Source of the DNA: an uncultured Candidatus Saccharibacteria bacterium
Lineage (GTDB): Bacteria > Patescibacteriota > Minisyncoccia > Phycocordibacterales > PALSA-1337
DNA length: 47,589 nt
NCBI GenBank assembly: GCA_964587205.1
Contig: CAZPKQ010000001.1
Coordinates: 1-47,589 of the forward strand
Reading direction: 5' to 3'
The notes beneath the pieces were generated by a model. It saw only the letters and a program-made list of their open reading frames with translations. It ran no database searches and had not been told where the DNA came from. This document shows positions 42,690 to 47,589 of this stretch, one piece after another; position 1 is the first letter of the stretch; every line of letters begins with the position of its first letter. The translations under genes were made by a program, and so were the position numbers.

Positions 42690-42718
42690 ATAATATAGCC
42701 AAATTGACAGCTAGTCAA
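42690..42718 (-). promoter_or_regulatory. Putative promoter of the orphan gene, back-to-back with a putative priA promoter
   Basis: Minus strand has TTGACT (42718-42713), N17, TATTAT (42695-42690). Plus strand has TTGACA at 42704-42709, N17, ATAAAT. Confidence 0.55.
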
Positions 42719-42776
42719 ATTCATTAATAAATGATTTTTATATTTACATAAGGGCAAATCGAGATAAGATAGTGAT

Positions 42777-44720
42777 ATGTTCATCATCACCGTCTTACCT
42801 ATTTCAAAATCAAAACTTGGCGAGGAACTAGTCTACTTCGCTACAACTGAAGTCAAAGTCGGAGCAATACTATCCGTACCGCTCAGGAAAAAAATGATCC
42901 CAGCATTGGTGACAAAAGTCGATCTTGCCGAAGACAAAAAATCCCAAATCCGCAATGCTCCATTTGAAATTAGGAAAATTGACAAAATCAAAGCCTTGGA
43001 CTTTTTCCCGGAATATTTTATACACGGAGCAAAAACGATTTCTGATCTTTATGCCTGCTCGAGCGGTGCGATCATCGATGCACTCGTACCAAAATCGCTT
43101 ATCGAAAATTCTGCCAAAATTGCAAAACCGCTTGCTTCAGAAAATTCCAATCAAAGCAAAACTAAGACTAGAATCTTGGCAGTGCAAGGTGATGATAGTG
43201 ATAGGATAAGCGCCTGGAGAAGTCTTGTAAGACAAGAATTTGCAAATAAAAGATCGATCGTTTTTTATTTGCCGACCATAGAAGAATCAAATCAGCTTTT
43301 TGAGGCTTTGAAAAAAGGTATCGAAGAATATATTTTCGTACTCAATAGTGATCTCACCCCAAAAAAGCTTATTAGTTGTTGGAATAAGATAGCTGAAACA
43401 GAGCATCCAGTAGTTATTATTGCCACCGGCTCATATGCTACATTGCCAAGAAAAGATATAAAGACTGTGATAATAGAAAGAGAAAATGCTCGAGGCTGGA
43501 TTATGCAAAAGCGTCCATATATCGATCTACGACAGTCGATTATCGAACTTGCTACATTAAATAGTCAGACTATTTATCTTGCTGATACAATCTTGAGAAT
43601 AGAAACATTACACAATCTAGAAAATGAAAAATTCGAATATGGCTCACCATTCAAATGGCGATCGGTCTCATCCGCAAGCGACCTAGTCATTGATATGAAA
43701 ACCGACAAAAAATCTGAAGCATCGGTAGAGGAAAAAGACCAGACTCCGATTATTCAAAGAAAAAGCAAGTTCAAAGTTTTGTCTGATAAACTAGTAGAGC
43801 TAATAAAACAAAATATAGAGGAGAATACTCACATGTTCATATTTGCTTTACGCAAAGGACTTTCGCCTCTGACCGCTTGTGACGATTGTGGGACTATCGT
43901 GATGTGCGACAACTGTCAGAGCCCCGTCGTATTGCATCAAAATCCAGAATCGGGTCGAAACTATTTTATGTGTCATCGTTGTGGCGAAAGAAGCAATGCT
44001 GATACCAATTGCAAAAAATGTGAAAGCTGGAGGCTCACCCCTCTTGGTATCGGTATCGATAGAGTCCAAGAAGAGATCAAAAACTTATTTGATAAGATAG
44101 ATATATTCAAAATCGATTCTGAATCGACAAAAACTAATAAAGAAATAAAAGAAAAAATTCAAGCATTCAAAGACAAACCCGGAAGCATATTGCTTGGCAC
44201 CGAACTCGCCATGCAAAATTTCAATGACAAAGTCGATCATGTCGCTATAGTTTCTCTCGATTCTCTATTTAGCTTGCCTGATTTCCGAATTTTGGAAAAA
44301 ATTAATTACAATCTTGTCCGCTTGCGTTATCAAGCGATAAGGACGATCTTGATCCAGACTAGAAGAGCTGATCAAAAGATTTTTGATCTTGGTCCAAAGG
44401 GCAATATCTCTGATTTCTATCGAATGACGATTGACGAAAGGCGTATACTCGATTATCCGCCATTTTCTATTTTGATCAAAATAACAATCGAGGGCAAAAA
44501 GGAGCAAATTGCAAATACCATGGCTGATATAGCAAAATTCCTCGAACCACACAATGTCGACATTTTCCCCGCTTTCACCTCTACGGTCCGTGGCAAATCA
44601 GTCATCCATGGCCTTATCAAGATCGCAAGTCATGCTTGGCCCGATCATGATCTCATTGCAAAAATTCGTACTTTGCCACCAGAGGTTACGATCAAGATCA
44701 ATCCTGAAAGTTTGCTGTAA
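42777..44720 (+). CDS. priA: Primosomal protein N' (PriA)-like, with degenerate Walker A/B motifs
   Basis: 647 aa. The Cys-rich zinc region CDDCG...CDNCQ...CHRCG...CKKCE is intact. No GxGKT/S occurs anywhere. The DEEH position reads EREN. Confidence 0.8.
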   Translation: MFIITVLPISKSKLGEELVYFATTEVKVGAILSVPLRKKMIPALVTKVDLAEDKKSQIRNAPFEIRKIDKIKALDFFPEYFIHGAKTISDLYACSSGAIIDALVPKSLIENSAKIAKPLASENSNQSKTKTRILAVQGDDSDRISAWRSLVRQEFANKRSIVFYLPTIEESNQLFEALKKGIEEYIFVLNSDLTPKKLISCWNKIAETEHPVVIIATGSYATLPRKDIKTVIIERENARGWIMQKRPYIDLRQSIIELATLNSQTIYLADTILRIETLHNLENEKFEYGSPFKWRSVSSASDLVIDMKTDKKSEASVEEKDQTPIIQRKSKFKVLSDKLVELIKQNIEENTHMFIFALRKGLSPLTACDDCGTIVMCDNCQSPVVLHQNPESGRNYFMCHRCGERSNADTNCKKCESWRLTPLGIGIDRVQEEIKNLFDKIDIFKIDSESTKTNKEIKEKIQAFKDKPGSILLGTELAMQNFNDKVDHVAIVSLDSLFSLPDFRILEKINYNLVRLRYQAIRTILIQTRRADQKIFDLGPKGNISDFYRMTIDERRILDYPPFSILIKITIEGKKEQIANTMADIAKFLEPHNVDIFPAFTSTVRGKSVIHGLIKIASHAWPDHDLIAKIRTLPPEVTIKINPESLL

Positions 44721-44774
44721 TTGTGTTAGGACAGAAAGTCATACGTCTAACATCTGTTGATTACAATTTCTGCA

Positions 44775-45845
44775 TTATTCTAAAACCATTTTTAGATCTT
44801 GTTCGGTTTGATTTCTTCTTTCTACTTCATCAGGCTTTTCCTGTTTTGCCCAATCATAATTCTCAAAATAGCTAGACAGTCTGGTATGAGACCTTATTAT
44901 GGACAATTTAATTATGATTTTTCCCAATTCCTCTTTTCCAATTTTCATGTAATTATTTAGTAGAGCCTTATCCAATTCAAAACGAAAACTTTTATTTTTC
45001 CACGATCGGGCTCGCAAATTACCAAAATCAAAAATCATAGCTATAGCACGATTTGGTACTATGCCCACCCATTCCAAATCCAAGAATTCAACATCACCAG
45101 AATCGAAAATATAAAGATTATTTGGAGCCATATCACCATGTATAAGTGTCACGATATTATTTTCTTCGGTCTCAATATAAGATCTGAAACTATCTATGAT
45201 TTTAATTAACTTTGATTTGATGTTTGTTATACCAAGCCTTTTTTCTAAAACTTTATGAAAATATTCAGATTCAGGATATCCTAGCGGTTTAACTTTTTTA
45301 TTCAAAAATTTAATAATCTCTCTCTTAAAAGATTTAAAATCGCCTTTATTCTTTTTTAATTTACTATTCAAGGGTTCAGGTAAGGACGCGACATTAATTT
45401 GGTGGAAATGAAATAGTTGATCAATTGTTTTTTGGGCTTCAACGGCTGTCAAAAATTCAACACCATTATTATTTTCAATAAAACCAATTTTGTCTTTATT
45501 GAAAGGAAATGTTTCCATAATTGCATATGGGATGCCTTGTCTTGGGATTACATTGAAATTTATAACACCGCGCGTATTGATTATGTTATTTGATTTCAAA
45601 TACAAAGCCATCTCTATCTGTCGCTCAAAAGGAAGTAAAAGCTTTTTTGTATTATTTTCTGGTATTTTGATAAATCTTTCTACAACACGATCTCCTTCTT
45701 TTCTATTTGCTACCATAAAAAAATACCTCCTACCATTATTTATTCTAGAGTTAATAATTTCTCTTTCTTTATCGCCCACAATAAATCCTTGCTCGCTTAG
45801 AACTTTCATCACCTTCTTTTCATACCTCTGAATTTTATTATTCAT
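44775..45845 (-). CDS. Aminoglycoside/choline-kinase-type phosphotransferase (APH family)
   Basis: LIHGDMAPNNLYIF...FLDLEW is the catalytic-loop/DxD pattern of the APH fold. Confidence 0.8.
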   Translation of the reverse strand: MNNKIQRYEKKVMKVLSEQGFIVGDKEREIINSRINNGRRYFFMVANRKEGDRVVERFIKIPENNTKKLLLPFERQIEMALYLKSNNIINTRGVINFNVIPRQGIPYAIMETFPFNKDKIGFIENNNGVEFLTAVEAQKTIDQLFHFHQINVASLPEPLNSKLKKNKGDFKSFKREIIKFLNKKVKPLGYPESEYFHKVLEKRLGITNIKSKLIKIIDSFRSYIETEENNIVTLIHGDMAPNNLYIFDSGDVEFLDLEWVGIVPNRAIAMIFDFGNLRARSWKNKSFRFELDKALLNNYMKIGKEELGKIIIKLSIIRSHTRLSSYFENYDWAKQEKPDEVERRNQTEQDLKMVLE

Positions 45846-45906
45846 ATTAATGATAATTATTATGAATACATTTTAGCACCTCTACTTGCATATGTCTGAC
45901 ATCCTT

Positions 45907-45929
45907 TTTGCGAGGTTAAACCTCACAAA
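45907..45929. promoter_or_regulatory. Palindrome P4 in the kinase/def divergent intergenic region
   Basis: TTTGCGAGGTTAAACCTCACAAA, with one arm mismatch. Confidence 0.65.
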
Positions 45930-45977
45930 GCACACAATAACCTGTTCAAAACAAACCTTCTCTGTTATAGTTTGTAA

Positions 45978-46511
45978 ATGATAGAAATTGTCCAGAGAGA
46001 CACTCCAATATTGCGAGACAAAGCACAGGATGTGCCTATTTCTGATATTGGTAGCGATAAGATAAACAAGATAATAAGCGATATGATAATCGCTATGGAT
46101 AGTCAAAAAGACGGTATTGCCATTGCCGCCCCACAGATCGGCATTCCCTACAGGATCTTCGTGGTCAAAAGCAAACTACTCAAACAAGCAGACAAAAATT
46201 TCAAAGGTGGAGATGAAGACATGGTTTTCATCAATCCCAAAATTCTAAAACTTTCTAAAGAAAAAAAGGAGGTGGAAGAAGGGTGCTTATCAGTCCGCTG
46301 GTTATATGGCAAAGTCCGCCGTTCGGTAAGAGCGACCATCGAAGCCTACAATGAAAAGGGTGAGAAAGTAGAGCGAGGTGCAAGTGGTGTCTTGGCCCAG
46401 ATTTTCCAGCACGAAACTGATCATCTAAATGGAGTACTCTTCATCGACAAAGCAAAAGAAGTCTGGGAAATGACCGAGGATGAGATTAATGAAATAAATT
46501 CCAAATCATAA
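45978..46511 (+). CDS. def: Peptide deformylase
   Basis: Carries the EGCLS and HETDHLNG motifs. TATAGT lies 6 nt upstream of the ATG. Confidence 0.96.
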   Translation: MIEIVQRDTPILRDKAQDVPISDIGSDKINKIISDMIIAMDSQKDGIAIAAPQIGIPYRIFVVKSKLLKQADKNFKGGDEDMVFINPKILKLSKEKKEVEEGCLSVRWLYGKVRRSVRATIEAYNEKGEKVERGASGVLAQIFQHETDHLNGVLFIDKAKEVWEMTEDEINEINSKS

Positions 46512-47384
46512 ATGGATAGTGCAAAGACAAAATTTGCATATTTTGGATCTTCAAGATTGTCTGTGATCGTTCTCGACGAGCTCAATAGCTTGGGTTATGT
46601 ACCAAGCGTGATCGTAACTACAATAGACAAACCGGTTGGTCGAAAGCAAATACTGACCCCAAATGAAGTTAAGGTCTGGGGCAAAAATCACAATATTCTA
46701 GTCCTCGATCCAGCAAAATTGAATGATGAATTTATAAATAATTTCAAAGGATTGTGTCAAAAAGATCAAATCGAAGTCTATCTAGTAGCTTCATATAGCA
46801 AAATTATTCCAAAGGCGCTCGTGAATTTACCACAAAAAGGCATACTCAATATCCACCCTTCTCTATTGCCCAAGTATCGTGGCCCATCACCTCTTGGCTC
46901 TGCAATACTAAATGATGACAAGGAGACCGGAGTCTGTCTTATGAAGATCGATGAGGAAATGGATCATGGCCCAATCGTCTCATACAAAAAAGTCCATATT
47001 GACGAGTGGCCAGTATATGAAGATTATGAAGAAATGATGGCAAAAATCGGCGCTAATTTATTTGCACAAAATATTAAAAAATATATGCGGAGCGAGATAA
47101 ATCTTGTGGAACAAAATCATAGCGAAGCAAGTTATACCAAAAAATTCACAAAAGACGATGGCAAAATAGATCTCAGTGCTACACCAAGACAAAACTGGTT
47201 GAAATATTGCGCTTTTCACCAATGGCCTCAAATTTATTTTATTTGGAAAAATAAAGATCGGGAAATTAGAGTCAAAATTACTGATGCTATTTATTCTGAT
47301 GACAAATTTGTAATCAAAAAAGTCATACCCGAAGGATCAAATGAGATGGATTATGAGGATTTTCTAAGAGGATATAGAGACTAA
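46512..47384 (+). CDS. fmt: Methionyl-tRNA formyltransferase
   Basis: Carries the HPSLLPKYRGPSP motif. Its start abuts the def stop. Confidence 0.94.
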   Translation: MDSAKTKFAYFGSSRLSVIVLDELNSLGYVPSVIVTTIDKPVGRKQILTPNEVKVWGKNHNILVLDPAKLNDEFINNFKGLCQKDQIEVYLVASYSKIIPKALVNLPQKGILNIHPSLLPKYRGPSPLGSAILNDDKETGVCLMKIDEEMDHGPIVSYKKVHIDEWPVYEDYEEMMAKIGANLFAQNIKKYMRSEINLVEQNHSEASYTKKFTKDDGKIDLSATPRQNWLKYCAFHQWPQIYFIWKNKDREIRVKITDAIYSDDKFVIKKVIPEGSNEMDYEDFLRGYRD

Positions 47385-47560
47385 GAAGTGGAATAAGCTG
47401 CAATACTACTGCTATTGTTCCAATCATTGCCGATGTCATAAGCATGTGATCCTAGATAGTACAATACAATCCAAAAGCACCAGACTCCCAAGAACGCTAT
47501 GCAAAGCCACTGGTTTACCGGTTGCTTCATCTCCGCCAAACTAAAAAACTTATTGTGCAT
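47381..47560 (-). CDS. Possible 59-aa single-TM protein
   Basis: MHNKFFSLAEMKQPVNQWLCIAFLGVWCFWIVLYYLGSH... Below the track cut-off. Its stop overlaps the fmt stop. No signals checked. Confidence 0.25.
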   Translation of the reverse strand: MHNKFFSLAEMKQPVNQWLCIAFLGVWCFWIVLYYLGSHAYDIGNDWNNSSSIAAYSTS

Positions 47561-47589
47561 ATTATTTATTCCAAGGCCAAAGACCCTTT

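Noticed and set aside
1-47589. Alternative genetic code (for example UGA recoding as in some CPR lineages), suggested by the apparent lack of an ORF in the first 1.1 kb
   Set aside because: All long housekeeping ORFs are intact under the standard code. The missing ORF at 1-1139 is explained by it running off the window edge.

Overview
This is a 47.6-kb, AT-rich, very gene-dense bacterial chromosome segment, coded mostly on the minus strand in the standard genetic code. The style suggests a reduced Patescibacteria (CPR)-type genome, though this is inference only. The signs are short aminoacyl-tRNA synthetases, truncated UvrC, HolB and PriA-like proteins, almost purely housekeeping content, and Lys/Gly-rich repeat insertions. 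Recognisable genes are alaS, pepF-like, family-4 udg, an ATP-cone/nuclease fusion, mnmA, mltG, a sigma-r4/HARE-HTH protein, leuS, an HD hydrolase, ychF, a NYN/LabA-like protein, zwf, rhuM-like, tRNA-Ala(UGC), DUF378, ddl, uvrC, a SET-domain protein, uvrA, clpB, proS, rseP, frr, holB-like, mreB, murA, a MazF/PemK-like protein, priA-like, an APH-type kinase, def and fmt. An edge-truncated ORF at 1-1139 is missing from the ORF track. Seven things stand out. (1) About eight short, visibly GC-rich islands sit in the AT-rich backbone, and most have their own promoter and a GC-rich terminator. They encode orphan small proteins with Shine-Dalgarno sites, or look like structured RNA. Native genes instead mostly have a -10 box 5-6 nt from the ATG, so they appear leaderless. 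(2) The most extreme island (30886-31598) is flanked by two copies of a 23-bp palindrome. That palindrome also sits upstream of uvrA, clpB and the def/kinase divergent region. (3) Copies of the last ~30 nt of ychF bracket two single-gene cassettes, one an unknown 122-aa protein and the other a SET-domain protein. (4) A Nudix domain is inserted in LeuRS. (5) The leader of a GC-rich orphan gene next to a MazF-like gene carries three tandem CC-GAGA-GG hairpins, and the MazF-like gene is translationally coupled to murA. (6) There are several families of palindromic or nested-hairpin intergenic elements. (7) A GC-rich repeat family has entered coding sequence in ychF, pepF and leuS. GC statements are by eye. 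No database search or folding could be run.
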